A stretch of DNA of 64,000 bases from a virus. Made by a program: the position numbers and the translations under genes. The DNA is taken from the IMG/VR virus record IMGVR_UViG_3300012642_000011, positions 96,001 to 160,000 of that record; one strand, 5' to 3'. The stretch's first letter is position 1; every line of letters starts with the position of its first letter. Shown one piece after another: positions 11,525-20,870 of this stretch. The notes beneath the pieces are model-generated. The model did not search any database. It saw nothing but the letters and a program-made list of their open reading frames with translations, and was not told the DNA's origin.

Positions 11525-12271
11525 ATGGTCAAGTATCACGTGAGCAGCAAAACTGGCGAGATGAACAGATGCAGGGCAGATAAGATTGAATGCCCCTTGG
11601 GTTCAGTACAGCATTTTGAGAACATGAAGGAGGCACATTCTTTTTCTGAGGAAGTTTTGGAGAGATCATTCTCTTCTGTGTCGTCCTTGTCTTCTACAAA
11701 TCATTCTTCTCTTGTATCAACATGGAGAAATTCTCTTTCTGATGATGAGAGGGATGCTTGGGAATCGTATGGTTCCTTTGAGCATGGTGAGATCAATGAT
11801 GCTTTGAGACGTGATGATGTGGGCAGTTTATCTGATGATCAAAGAAAAGTGATTGATAACATGGATAAAGCGTTGGCGAGGTGCCCTCGTAGAAAATCAA
11901 ATCATACTCTTTTTCGTGGGGTGAAGACAGCAAATTCCGATCTTCCTCGCAAGACTGACATGAATCCTGTAGAATGGGTGAAGAAGCATATCGGGGAGGC
12001 TGGTAACGAGGTTGTCTTCAATGAGTTCGTGTCTACTTCTACATCTGAAGACATATCTCATGAGTTCTCTGGTATGAATGCTCCTGATTATATCTCTGGT
12101 GTTCTGATGAAGATTGATACTACTCAATCAGCGAAGTGGAATGAGGATGGATCTTATGAGGAAGAGGTTACCCTTGCCAGAGGAACAAAGTTCAGGGTTA
12201 TCAGTGTTGATATGGATCACAAGGTAGAGGGATATTCAAGACCATTGATCCATCTCGAAGAGATCTCTTAA
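11525..12271 (+). CDS. putative mono-ADP-ribosyltransferase fused to the shared N-terminal His/Cys motif domain
   Basis: R-S-E type ART signature: HTLFRGV (Arg), FVSTSTSE (STS) and YEEEVTLARGTKFRVISV (ExE ARTT loop). N-terminus MVKYHVSSKTGEMNRCRADKIECP...HFENMKEAHSF matches the 7-member family motif. SD ggggaggg upstream. Confidence 0.6.
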   Translation: MVKYHVSSKTGEMNRCRADKIECPLGSVQHFENMKEAHSFSEEVLERSFSSVSSLSSTNHSSLVSTWRNSLSDDERDAWESYGSFEHGEINDALRRDDVGSLSDDQRKVIDNMDKALARCPRRKSNHTLFRGVKTANSDLPRKTDMNPVEWVKKHIGEAGNEVVFNEFVSTSTSEDISHEFSGMNAPDYISGVLMKIDTTQSAKWNEDGSYEEEVTLARGTKFRVISVDMDHKVEGYSRPLIHLEEIS

Positions 12272-12378
12272 TATGAGATCGTTAATTCCAAAAACGCTTG
12301 ATGTTTTCATTGATACCGTTACACGAAAGCGCGTAAAGCGGCGAGGTCTTCAGCCTCGCTGATGTAAGCGCAAGTGTA

Positions 12379-12780
12379 TTATTTCCAGTGGCCTTGCTTT
12401 TTCAGGTACTTATCAACATGATCAGCACTCACATCGCCAATAGTAGCAGCATAATAACCACCACTCCACAAATAATGACGACCACCCCAATAAAATCTTC
12501 TCAAATGATCCCCCTGCATCTCCCACAAATGATGAGAACTCAAAGACTTCAAACGGTTCACTAAACCAGAAACAGAATAAGTCCCAGACATCCTCACTAC
12601 CAAATGAACATGATCCCCATCTTCAACAGCAACACGCTCTAACTTGCATGAAGACTTCGACACAGCATACTCAATCGCCCTCACCACATCACCCTCAATA
12701 CCACTAAAACACCCCCTACGAAACTTCGTAGCAAAAACAAAATGATAACGCAAATTCTGAACAGCACCCATCACAACCAA
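12379..12780 (-). CDS. tnpA: IS200/IS605 family transposase TnpA (Y1 HUH)
   Basis: HVHLVV HUH motif and the catalytic-Tyr region YWGGRHYLWSGGYYAATIG. 133 aa. Confidence 0.85.
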   Translation of the reverse strand: MVVMGAVQNLRYHFVFATKFRRGCFSGIEGDVVRAIEYAVSKSSCKLERVAVEDGDHVHLVVRMSGTYSVSGLVNRLKSLSSHHLWEMQGDHLRRFYWGGRHYLWSGGYYAATIGDVSADHVDKYLKKQGHWK

Positions 12781-12823
12781 CCTTTTGATATAATAAGATA
12801 AGATAGCCTATTATATCAAGGAG

Positions 12824-14125
12824 GTGACAATCATGGCACAACGCACAAGCGCACCAAAAACCCTCACAGAAGAAGCCAGACTTGCCAAAAACAAGAGAAT
12901 CAAAGAAGCAGGAAAAGCAACTCGTGAACGCAGAAAAACCATGATTGTCAAAGTGTATGACCTAAAAATCGTACAATCTTCCATGAATAAACAGCAAAAA
13001 GAGGCTATTAAAAGTATTTTCCATGAGGCTAAATGGATTCGCAATGCTGCCCTTGCAGCAGAACGTTTTGATCTTGACTACATCAAAGAACTCAAAGGTG
13101 AAGTTGAGGTAAAAGTCCCCAACGGAGATACTGAGAAAAGAGCAATCAAACATCTTGGAAGCCAAATGCAGCAAAGCGTGATAACTCAATTGAGCAATGA
13201 TCGCAAATCATTATCTGCATTGAAGAAGAATGGTCGCAAGATTGGAAAACTAAAGTTTGTTCGCAATGTCGATTCTATCAATCTCAAACAATATGGCGTG
13301 ACTTATGATCTGATTCCTAATTCAAAAGGGATGATGACTAAAATCCGTGTTCAGAACATTCCCGGCAGATTACGTGTTCGCGGTTATGAGCAATTGTGTG
13401 CTGATAGTCTTGAGTTTGCGAATGCTAAATTAGTGTATCGTGCTGATGGTTATCATTTAGTAGTGACCACTTATCAGCCACGAGCAGTTAAGGTTGCACC
13501 TACGAATAAAATCGGTGTGGACATGGGTGTAAAGAATGCTTTAACTCTTGATAATGGTGAGGTTGTTAACGCGATTATTACTGGCAAACAGGAGAGGATG
13601 GCGAGATTGCAGAGAAAACTGTCTCGTCAGGTAAAGAACTCCAACAGTTATCGCAAGACTTTGGCTAAGATCAAGAGAGAGTATCAGAATACTGATCATT
13701 TGAAGAATGAGTTTGCTAATCAATTAGTAAGCAGGTTAACTAAGGATAGTGTAGTGTTCTTCCAAGATGAAATGTTAGTATCGTGGAAGAACAAGAATTC
13801 GAAAGCACGTGGTTCTAAGAAGATCCATCATGGTGTGCTTGGTCGTGTTAAAGCGCGCTTGAAAAATCATGAGAATGCGGTAATGCTGCCTAAGTGGGTG
13901 GCTACTACTGCGTGGTGTTCTCCTTGTGGTGTCTTGACGAAGCATGATGTTAATATGAGTGTTTTCTTGTGTTCTTCTTGTGGTTTTAGTGAGGATCGTG
14001 ATTCTCATGCTGCGAGGAATATGGTTATTCTTGGTGAAAGGTACTTGAGTTTGGTCACCTCTGGAACGGAGGGTTGTGCTGGTGGAGGGATTGTTAGACT
14101 TAAGAATGATCTGTATAAGGTCTGA
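12824..14125 (+). CDS. tnpB: TnpB (IS605 OrfB family RNA-guided nuclease)
   Basis: 433 aa. C-terminal zinc finger CSPCGV...CSSCGF and RuvC-like DRDSHAARN. SD aaggagg upstream. Confidence 0.85.
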   Translation: MTIMAQRTSAPKTLTEEARLAKNKRIKEAGKATRERRKTMIVKVYDLKIVQSSMNKQQKEAIKSIFHEAKWIRNAALAAERFDLDYIKELKGEVEVKVPNGDTEKRAIKHLGSQMQQSVITQLSNDRKSLSALKKNGRKIGKLKFVRNVDSINLKQYGVTYDLIPNSKGMMTKIRVQNIPGRLRVRGYEQLCADSLEFANAKLVYRADGYHLVVTTYQPRAVKVAPTNKIGVDMGVKNALTLDNGEVVNAIITGKQERMARLQRKLSRQVKNSNSYRKTLAKIKREYQNTDHLKNEFANQLVSRLTKDSVVFFQDEMLVSWKNKNSKARGSKKIHHGVLGRVKARLKNHENAVMLPKWVATTAWCSPCGVLTKHDVNMSVFLCSSCGFSEDRDSHAARNMVILGERYLSLVTSGTEGCAGGGIVRLKNDLYKV

Positions 14126-14201
14126 TTAAGCATATTCCTGTGAAGCCAGAAACGGCGTTGTCTTTAGCATCGCCGTAGTTCATTTCTGTGTTTGATAAGA
14201 T

Positions 14202-15872
14202 ATGTTCGATTCCATTCCGTGTCGAGAAAGAGTGAGTATGATTATCATCCCTGTGCCAGTGATATTGCGGGTTTCTGATAGGCACCCTCTATTGCGATCA
14301 ATCTCTGAAACAATCGAAGTAAATAGATACGACGTTCCTTCCTATAATATCGAATATGATGACATTGATAGGGATATACTGAATATTTTACTTGAAAGTG
14401 CTGAAGAGTTAAACATCAAGTATCTGATCAAATCATTGAAGTATGCATTGAGAACTTTGGATGGTGAAGAGTTAGCAATCCCTCATCCTTGTGTATCGTT
14501 GTTCATGATCATGCACTACATTTTAAAGAACTCACATCATGGATGGGTCTATCATAAAAAAGGTTCTGACGACACTGCATACTATCAGCCTTATGCTATT
14601 GATGGAATAGGCAGGTCTTTTTCTTCAGGCGATGATATGAGTATTAATTTTGTTTCTTTTTCGATTAAAGAAGGAGCACATGTGCATTCTAAAGTGCAGC
14701 TTCTTAGATCTCGTGGATTCCCAAAGAATATCCTTCAAGAGAATGATCTCTATATTGGCAACGACGAATTGATTCAAAAGTATTATGATACTTTAGATCT
14801 CCTTTTTAATGATCAAAATGGTTTGATGCGTCAAGGGTATGGTCAGCAGATCATTGTGAACGGTGTTGAGTATGAAGAAGATATCAGAGCTGAGTATAGG
14901 TCTTCAGAGAAGTATAGTGCGCGTGTAAAGAACAGGAAGGCAGTGTTGGAATCTATTGTTACAGATAAGATTGCAAAGAATCCTTCGATTTACAAAGAGT
15001 CATATGAGAACAGCCTATATAAAAACCCGCAGAAAATAGAAGATGTGGTTGATATCCCAGCATTGCTGGATGTGAAAGTCTTTGATCTTACAGCGGAAGA
15101 ATTTCTCATATGTAGTGCTTTCAACATACAAAGATACATTTATGATGATTCTATTAAAGATAAACTCATCTTGCCTTCTGCACATAAAATGTTGATTGAT
15201 GTACTAACAAGCCAGGATTCACAAGGGATTAGTGACATCATCTATGGAAAAGGTCAAGGAACATTAATCCTTTGCAAAGGTGAACCCGGTATAGGAAAGA
15301 CATTGACTGCTCAAGTTGTCTCAGAAGTCTTACACAAGCCTTTGTACACCATGGATTCTTCTTCCATTATTTCATCATGGGACATTCGTAAAAAATTGGC
15401 TAAGTCTTATGATTTGGTTTACAAATGGAATGGAATTCTCCTCTTTGATGAAGTAGATACACTCATCAGTCGCCGTGGCACTGATCTTGAAAAGAACAGA
15501 GTAACTGCTGAACTACTTAGATCCCTCGAAGAATTCAAAGGAATCGCTTTCTTGACAACGAACAGGCCACAGGATATTGATGATGCTTTTCTATCCCGTT
15601 GCATTGCCATCATTGATTATGGCGTGCCTGTAGGTGATGATGCTATTAAGGCATGGAAATCTATCGGATTGCAGGTGATGGGAGAAGAAATCATTGATGA
15701 TGCTTTAGCAGAGGCTTTGGAGCGTGATTATCACGATATGCCCCCAAGAGACATGAGGCAGTTGTTAAGACTATCATTCCAGCTGGCAACTTATCAAGGC
15801 GAACGTGTTACAAAGGAAATCATTGATTCCTGTGCTGTCTTCAGAGGATATGCCCCACATCCTACTCTTTGA
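14202..15872 (+). CDS. AAA+ ATPase domain protein (start uncertain; may be 14238)
   Basis: Walker A GEPGIGKT, Walker B ILLFDEVD, sensor-1 TTN. Unknown N-terminal 330 aa. Lies immediately downstream of the IS right end. Confidence 0.65.
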   Translation: MFDSIPCRERVSMIIIPVPVILRVSDRHPLLRSISETIEVNRYDVPSYNIEYDDIDRDILNILLESAEELNIKYLIKSLKYALRTLDGEELAIPHPCVSLFMIMHYILKNSHHGWVYHKKGSDDTAYYQPYAIDGIGRSFSSGDDMSINFVSFSIKEGAHVHSKVQLLRSRGFPKNILQENDLYIGNDELIQKYYDTLDLLFNDQNGLMRQGYGQQIIVNGVEYEEDIRAEYRSSEKYSARVKNRKAVLESIVTDKIAKNPSIYKESYENSLYKNPQKIEDVVDIPALLDVKVFDLTAEEFLICSAFNIQRYIYDDSIKDKLILPSAHKMLIDVLTSQDSQGISDIIYGKGQGTLILCKGEPGIGKTLTAQVVSEVLHKPLYTMDSSSIISSWDIRKKLAKSYDLVYKWNGILLFDEVDTLISRRGTDLEKNRVTAELLRSLEEFKGIAFLTTNRPQDIDDAFLSRCIAIIDYGVPVGDDAIKAWKSIGLQVMGEEIIDDALAEALERDYHDMPPRDMRQLLRLSFQLATYQGERVTKEIIDSCAVFRGYAPHPTL

Positions 15873-15913
15873 TAAACTTTAGAAGAGGTATTTTGATCAA
15901 GGAGTGAATACCA

Positions 15914-16327
15914 ATGGAATTAAACGATAGCGCTATGCCTGTACCTTTGGCTCAATATGAGGATTTCTATGCCATTAGCGAGAACCATATTGACTATGAG
16001 GACATGGAAAGCATAAATAAGTCAATTTATAATGCAAGAATGTCTTTGTTTAAGATCACCAACATTATCAACCAGTTGGAAAGAAAAGAAGCATTGGCTA
16101 AGAATACTTACGATAAGGCAATGAGGAAGGAAATCCTTTTGTCTGATAAGAAGACGGCTTCAGATCGAAAGATCCATGCTGAAATCAAGTGTGAGCATTT
16201 GGAAGAAGATTATTTCTACACTGGTCAGGCTAAGAAAGAGTATGAACGCCTTGCGCATACTTTGAGGACAGAATTGCAAGCACTTACTGTTGTCTCCAAT
16301 AACGTTCGTCAACAGATGAGGGTGTGA
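15914..16327 (+). CDS. hypothetical coiled-coil protein
   Basis: 137 aa. SD aaggag upstream. Confidence 0.5.
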   Translation: MELNDSAMPVPLAQYEDFYAISENHIDYEDMESINKSIYNARMSLFKITNIINQLERKEALAKNTYDKAMRKEILLSDKKTASDRKIHAEIKCEHLEEDYFYTGQAKKEYERLAHTLRTELQALTVVSNNVRQQMRV

Positions 16328-16333
16328 TCTATT

Positions 16334-17086
16334 TTGTCACAGGATAAGAATGTAGATAATGATCGCAATGATGACATGATTGCTGATGATAGTAGTATGG
16401 CAGAGCAGTCTTCTGAAGTTAGCGGTGAAGGTTCAACGGCTATCAGTGCTGAAACAAATCCAGAGGATGAATTTGATCCTGATGCGAGAGATTACTCTTC
16501 ATCAAAGAAAACAGGGGATAGTTCCAAGAAATCTTTGTTAAAGAGGGTTGTTTTCTTCTTTGTTTCAGTACTTCTTTTTACTATTCTCACAGGTGTTGGC
16601 ATTGCTATCTTGAGTGCTTCTCAGGGGATTTCTTTGATGAAGATCAGTGGTTCTTCCATGGAGCCTTCTTTGAGTGATGGCGATTGGGTCATCTTTGATG
16701 CAGACCCTGATGAAAAGGCAGGGCAAATTGTTTTCTTCCACAAGCCTTCCGAATGGGACAAGTACATTGACAGAGACACATACTTGGTGAAGAGAGTTGT
16801 TGGCCTTCCCAATGATGTCATTGAAGTCAAAGATAACGCTCTTTATGTATCTGGACAAAAGAAATACGATTTGAACACATCAGATTATAAATGCAATGCT
16901 CCTGATGGGTATTCACATACGGTAGGATGGAAAGAGATGTTTGTTGTAGGCGACAATTACACACAAAGTCTTGATTCGTTGCGTATTCTGTGTGATGGAA
17001 ATGCTGATAATGCTTACGTTCATCCCGATGATTACTTATTCTCAGGTCATGTAGCGAAAAAACTGAAAGGGGCTTTCTTAGGATGA
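16334..17086 (+). CDS. type I signal peptidase (S26) homolog, membrane-anchored
   Basis: Acidic N-terminal region, then a TM helix, then the SPase I boxes GSSMEPSLSDGD and KRVVGLPNDVIE. TTG start close to the stop of the upstream ORF. Confidence 0.6.
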   Translation: MSQDKNVDNDRNDDMIADDSSMAEQSSEVSGEGSTAISAETNPEDEFDPDARDYSSSKKTGDSSKKSLLKRVVFFFVSVLLFTILTGVGIAILSASQGISLMKISGSSMEPSLSDGDWVIFDADPDEKAGQIVFFHKPSEWDKYIDRDTYLVKRVVGLPNDVIEVKDNALYVSGQKKYDLNTSDYKCNAPDGYSHTVGWKEMFVVGDNYTQSLDSLRILCDGNADNAYVHPDDYLFSGHVAKKLKGAFLG

Positions 17087-18030
17087 GTTTTCATGTAGTC
17101 GTTGATGCTTCTGATGCATGGGTGGACAACAGAGTGACTGAAGTCTCCAATGCTCTGGTTGAAACTTTAGGAACAGACAAGAAGTATATTTCTTCTTTGC
17201 AGGATGCAGGCATGGAGTCTTTGTTTGGTGATGTTCCTGTCAGCGTTGTGCAATTAAATGATGCTTCTAGTGTAAAGTCTTTTGTTGATCAGTGGGAGAA
17301 GATGAAGGATGATGATCGTGAGGAGATTATTTCTTATGGTCTTGTTGTGGCATCCACTGTCAACAGAAACTCAACACGTAAACTTGAGTCGATAGCGAAG
17401 AAATGGGGAAGTCTTCATTTATCTAGAGAGAATTCAAAGGATAAGGTTTCTCCTGCTGAAAAGATGCTTGCGGAGACAAAACTTTCTTCCGATGTAAAGA
17501 AGTATATTCTCCAAAGAGTTGGGGATGATTATGCTCAGGCTGTTTCAGTTCTCAAGGACATTTCTTCAATTCCTCCTAAACTTCAACCTAAAGTGAGCGT
17601 TGAGGACATTGCGTTGAGAATGCCATTGCCACCAGGGTCTATTCCCCCTTGGGAGATTGAGAAACCATTAATGGATGGAGATGTCACAGAGGCAATCACT
17701 ACTTGGCGAAGGATCAGTCAGAATTCTCATCCTTTGGTTGTTACTTCATTGATGAAGAAAAAGATCTCATTGTTATTGCGAATATCCACTGTGCTTAAAA
17801 TTGAGGGGAACATCAGTAAATCTGACATGGCAGATAGACTGGGAGAAAACGATAACTATCCATTCAAGATCTCTTATGATGCTGCGAGAGCACGTCAATA
17901 TGATAAGATAGTGAAAGCATCAGAAGTCATGTTCTCTCTTGAAAAGAATCTTAAGGGAGAATCAAAGGCAGATCAGGACATTCTCATGGAGAATGCAATA
18001 ATAAATCTGTGCAGATACTTGAGGAAGTGA
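17083..18030 (+). CDS. hypothetical protein (ATGA overlap with the upstream gene)
   Basis: 315 aa, no recognisable motif. Start overlaps the preceding stop. Confidence 0.5.
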   Translation: MSFHVVVDASDAWVDNRVTEVSNALVETLGTDKKYISSLQDAGMESLFGDVPVSVVQLNDASSVKSFVDQWEKMKDDDREEIISYGLVVASTVNRNSTRKLESIAKKWGSLHLSRENSKDKVSPAEKMLAETKLSSDVKKYILQRVGDDYAQAVSVLKDISSIPPKLQPKVSVEDIALRMPLPPGSIPPWEIEKPLMDGDVTEAITTWRRISQNSHPLVVTSLMKKKISLLLRISTVLKIEGNISKSDMADRLGENDNYPFKISYDAARARQYDKIVKASEVMFSLEKNLKGESKADQDILMENAIINLCRYLRK

Positions 18031-18056
18031 GAATTAACGTGGAAAAAGAGATAGCA

Positions 18057-19631
18057 ATGGATACTGAATTATATGATCATGACGCTACAGGAGCATATGG
18101 AAGGTTCTTGAAAGACCCTTTCCTTGGTTATGATACACTGGAAAAAGCAATTGAAGATTGCAAAGCGACTTCTCAGGCAGAGGTAGTTGCGCGTATTCTT
18201 AACGGGGAGAATGTTTTCGTCTCTGGTCCTGCTGGTTCTGGTAAGTCTACTGTTGTTGCCTTGGTGAACAGTATTCTTGAGGATAAGTTCAAGAATCATT
18301 TCATTGTCGCTATTACAGCATCTACAGGTCTTGCTGCTTCTAACATTGGAGGAAAGACGATTCATTCATGGAGTGGTCTTGGCATCTATGACGGGCAGTT
18401 GAGCCAAAGAGGAAAGATGGACAATGAGGCATTGGGCATTTATAGGGCTGAGTCGAATCTCAAATATGCTGATCTCCTTGTAGTAGATGAGGTATCCATG
18501 TTGCACGCTTACTATCTTGACAACGTTGATACTGCCTTGAAAAGAATCAGAAAGAATGATCGTCCTTTTGGCGGTGTTCAGGTAATCCTCATGGGTGATT
18601 TCATGCAGTTGCCCCCTATAAATCCTCCTTCCCATAAGAAAAAGGATGGATTGAATTATGGTTTTGCCATCACATCACGAGCATGGAAAGAAGCAGATAT
18701 CAAAATCTGCTATCTTGATAAGGTGCATCGTGCATCTGATCCTGATTTGAAGCACATGCTGTGGAAGATCTCTGTAGGAAAGCCCGATGAGAAAACTATG
18801 CAGATGATCGGTAAGGCGGAAGCCAGAGAAAGAGATCCCGACAAGGTATATTCTGTTCTTTTCACGACAAATAAGAACGTGGATGCTTACAACAAGGAAA
18901 AACTGGATGAGAATCCCAATGATTCTGTCTATCTTTACCCTGAAGTGTACGGTGCCAAGAAAGATTATGAAGAACTGATGAAACAGCATGCTGTTCCTCA
19001 TGAGTTGGAGATGAAAGAAGGCGCTGTTGTCATTGTCACAGCAAACAATAACGAGGTTGGAGTTTTCAATGGAACAGTGGCTAAGTTTGTTAGGTATAAC
19101 AAGTCATCAGATGAAGTTGTCCTTGCATTGAATGATGGTAGGATTGTCAACTTGCCTAAAGTCTCAAGGGATAAAGAGGTCAAGAGAACAAAGTCTGGGG
19201 CACATGTTGCCGAAGAGACGCTGTTGGATGAAGTGGTCTTCAAAGATGTTGTCGCAGCAGTATCTTACTTCCCTATTAAATTGGGATATGCGATCACTGT
19301 TCACAAATCACAGGGACAGACTTTTGATGCTGTTGAAGTTGATTTGTCCAAGTGCTTCATTCCTGGTTTAGGATATGTTGCTTTGTCCCGTGTGCGCAAC
19401 GCTAATGACTTGATTATTTCAGGGTTTAGCCAGAAAGCACTGGAAGTTGACACTGATTCTTTGAAGTACAGTAGATACGTCAAAAAGAAGGCTCTTGAGA
19501 ATAGGGCGATATTCATTGAGAACATTGAACACTATAGGGAAGTTCTCACTAGCCCAGAAAAACTTGAAACTCTATGGAAGATTGAAGATTCAGGAATTTC
19601 AAGATCACTCAAAGACTTGAATAAAAAGTAA
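18057..19631 (+). CDS. Pif1/RecD/Dda-family superfamily-1 DNA helicase
   Basis: Walker A GPAGSGKST, Walker B LLVVDEVSM, and the C-terminal motif TVHKSQGQTFD. The ATG at 18057 is preferred over the GTG at 18009. Confidence 0.8.
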   Translation: MDTELYDHDATGAYGRFLKDPFLGYDTLEKAIEDCKATSQAEVVARILNGENVFVSGPAGSGKSTVVALVNSILEDKFKNHFIVAITASTGLAASNIGGKTIHSWSGLGIYDGQLSQRGKMDNEALGIYRAESNLKYADLLVVDEVSMLHAYYLDNVDTALKRIRKNDRPFGGVQVILMGDFMQLPPINPPSHKKKDGLNYGFAITSRAWKEADIKICYLDKVHRASDPDLKHMLWKISVGKPDEKTMQMIGKAEARERDPDKVYSVLFTTNKNVDAYNKEKLDENPNDSVYLYPEVYGAKKDYEELMKQHAVPHELEMKEGAVVIVTANNNEVGVFNGTVAKFVRYNKSSDEVVLALNDGRIVNLPKVSRDKEVKRTKSGAHVAEETLLDEVVFKDVVAAVSYFPIKLGYAITVHKSQGQTFDAVEVDLSKCFIPGLGYVALSRVRNANDLIISGFSQKALEVDTDSLKYSRYVKKKALENRAIFIENIEHYREVLTSPEKLETLWKIEDSGISRSLKDLNKK

Positions 19632-19648
19632 GGGAGAACATATTAATC

Positions 19649-20791
19649 ATGGATAATAATTATGAATTCAATGAGGATGACACACGTCCGATACATACAG
19701 GTTCCTCTGTAGACAGTACACAGGTTGAAACCACTACTGAGCCAGAGCCAGTAGAAGACAATCAAACACCATGGGGAAAGATCATTGCAGGAGCATTGAT
19801 TGCTCTGGGTCTTCTTGCACTTCTTGCTTGGTTCCTCTTCCAAGGAATGAACAAGGGCGACAGGATTGTTCCTACCGCATCCAACGAGTTGCTTAAAGAC
19901 GCTCAGACTACTTGTGAGCCATTTGAGCAGAATGATTTGAAATGTTCTGTTGATCTTGTCTTTGATGACGAAGTTTCAAGGGATTCATTGATCTCTCAAT
20001 CTGTTGCTCCCAATGAAAAAGTTCCCGCTGGAACAAAGATCGATCTTGCTTATTCTCGTGGGCCTGAAACATCTAAGTTCCCTGACATCACTGGGATGAC
20101 TGTTGAGGAAGCACAGAAGACACTCTACTCTATTGGTGTTGACATTGAAACTGTCAACATTGTAGATGACCCAGAAGTTGAAAGAGATCACATTGTTTCT
20201 GCTTCAACTGAAACTGGTGCTACAGTGAAGAATGGCGACACTGTGACTGTAAATGTTTCCAGTGGATCTGTAGAATTGCCTAATTGGGTAGGCAAGCAAG
20301 CAGATGAGGCTACTCAGGAAGCACAGGATCTTGGGCTTGACGTGAAAATCACAGAAGAAGAGTCAGACAAGGAAGAAGGAACTGTGATTGCACAGACACC
20401 TCAGCCAGGTGAAGTTGATTCTTCCTCTACTGTTGAACTCACTATTGCTGTCCCCTTTGAGGCTAAGTCAGCAAACGTTCCTAACGTGATCGGAATGTCT
20501 CCTGATGCTGCCAACGCTGCATTGGCTTCTGCTGGCTTCAGGAACATCTCTGTGATCGAGCAATCCAGTGAGAAGGTTTCTGAACCATCTGTGACTCAGA
20601 TCATTCCTGGTGTTAACGATAGCGTCAAGACAGACACTTCCATTGTGATCGTTGTGTCTTACCCAACCGAGGAAGCGCCTTCAAGCGCCCCTCAGGAGAC
20701 GGAAAACGCTAGAGGTACTGATAGTGCATCTACTGCCCCATCATCCTCTCCTGAGGCCATAGAGGGCGCTGAGGCATCACCTACATCATGA
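19649..20791 (+). CDS. membrane-anchored protein with three PASTA-like repeats
   Basis: N-terminal TM helix, then three repeats of the PASTA pattern (FPDITGMTVEEAQKTL..., LPNWVGKQADEATQEAQDLGL..., VPNVIGMSPDAANAALASAGF...). Acidic, S/P-rich C-terminus. Confidence 0.55.
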   Translation: MDNNYEFNEDDTRPIHTGSSVDSTQVETTTEPEPVEDNQTPWGKIIAGALIALGLLALLAWFLFQGMNKGDRIVPTASNELLKDAQTTCEPFEQNDLKCSVDLVFDDEVSRDSLISQSVAPNEKVPAGTKIDLAYSRGPETSKFPDITGMTVEEAQKTLYSIGVDIETVNIVDDPEVERDHIVSASTETGATVKNGDTVTVNVSSGSVELPNWVGKQADEATQEAQDLGLDVKITEEESDKEEGTVIAQTPQPGEVDSSSTVELTIAVPFEAKSANVPNVIGMSPDAANAALASAGFRNISVIEQSSEKVSEPSVTQIIPGVNDSVKTDTSIVIVVSYPTEEAPSSAPQETENARGTDSASTAPSSSPEAIEGAEASPTS

Positions 20792-20807
20792 TATGATCCC
20801 CTTATAG

Positions 20808-20845
20808 AACAGGGTGGGTAGAAATTTCTACCCACCCTGTTTCTG
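20808..20845 (+). terminator. terminator
   Basis: acagggtgggtagaaatttctacccaccctgt hairpin followed by ttctg. Confidence 0.6.
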
Positions 20846-20870
20846 TCTGAACTTGCAATAGAGCATTCAT

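Larger units (their letters stand above)
12290..14260 (+). mobile_element. IS200/IS605-family insertion sequence (divergent tnpA and tnpB; ends approximate)
   Basis: Y1 HUH transposase and TnpB are divergently arranged. Subterminal hairpins lie at about 12336-12360 (gcgaggtcttcagcctcgc) and 14150-14180 (acggcg...cgccgt). Confidence 0.6.

Noticed and set aside
12781-12823. Separate promoter feature between tnpA and tnpB
   Set aside because: A divergent promoter is plausible, but no clear -35/-10 elements could be assigned by eye.
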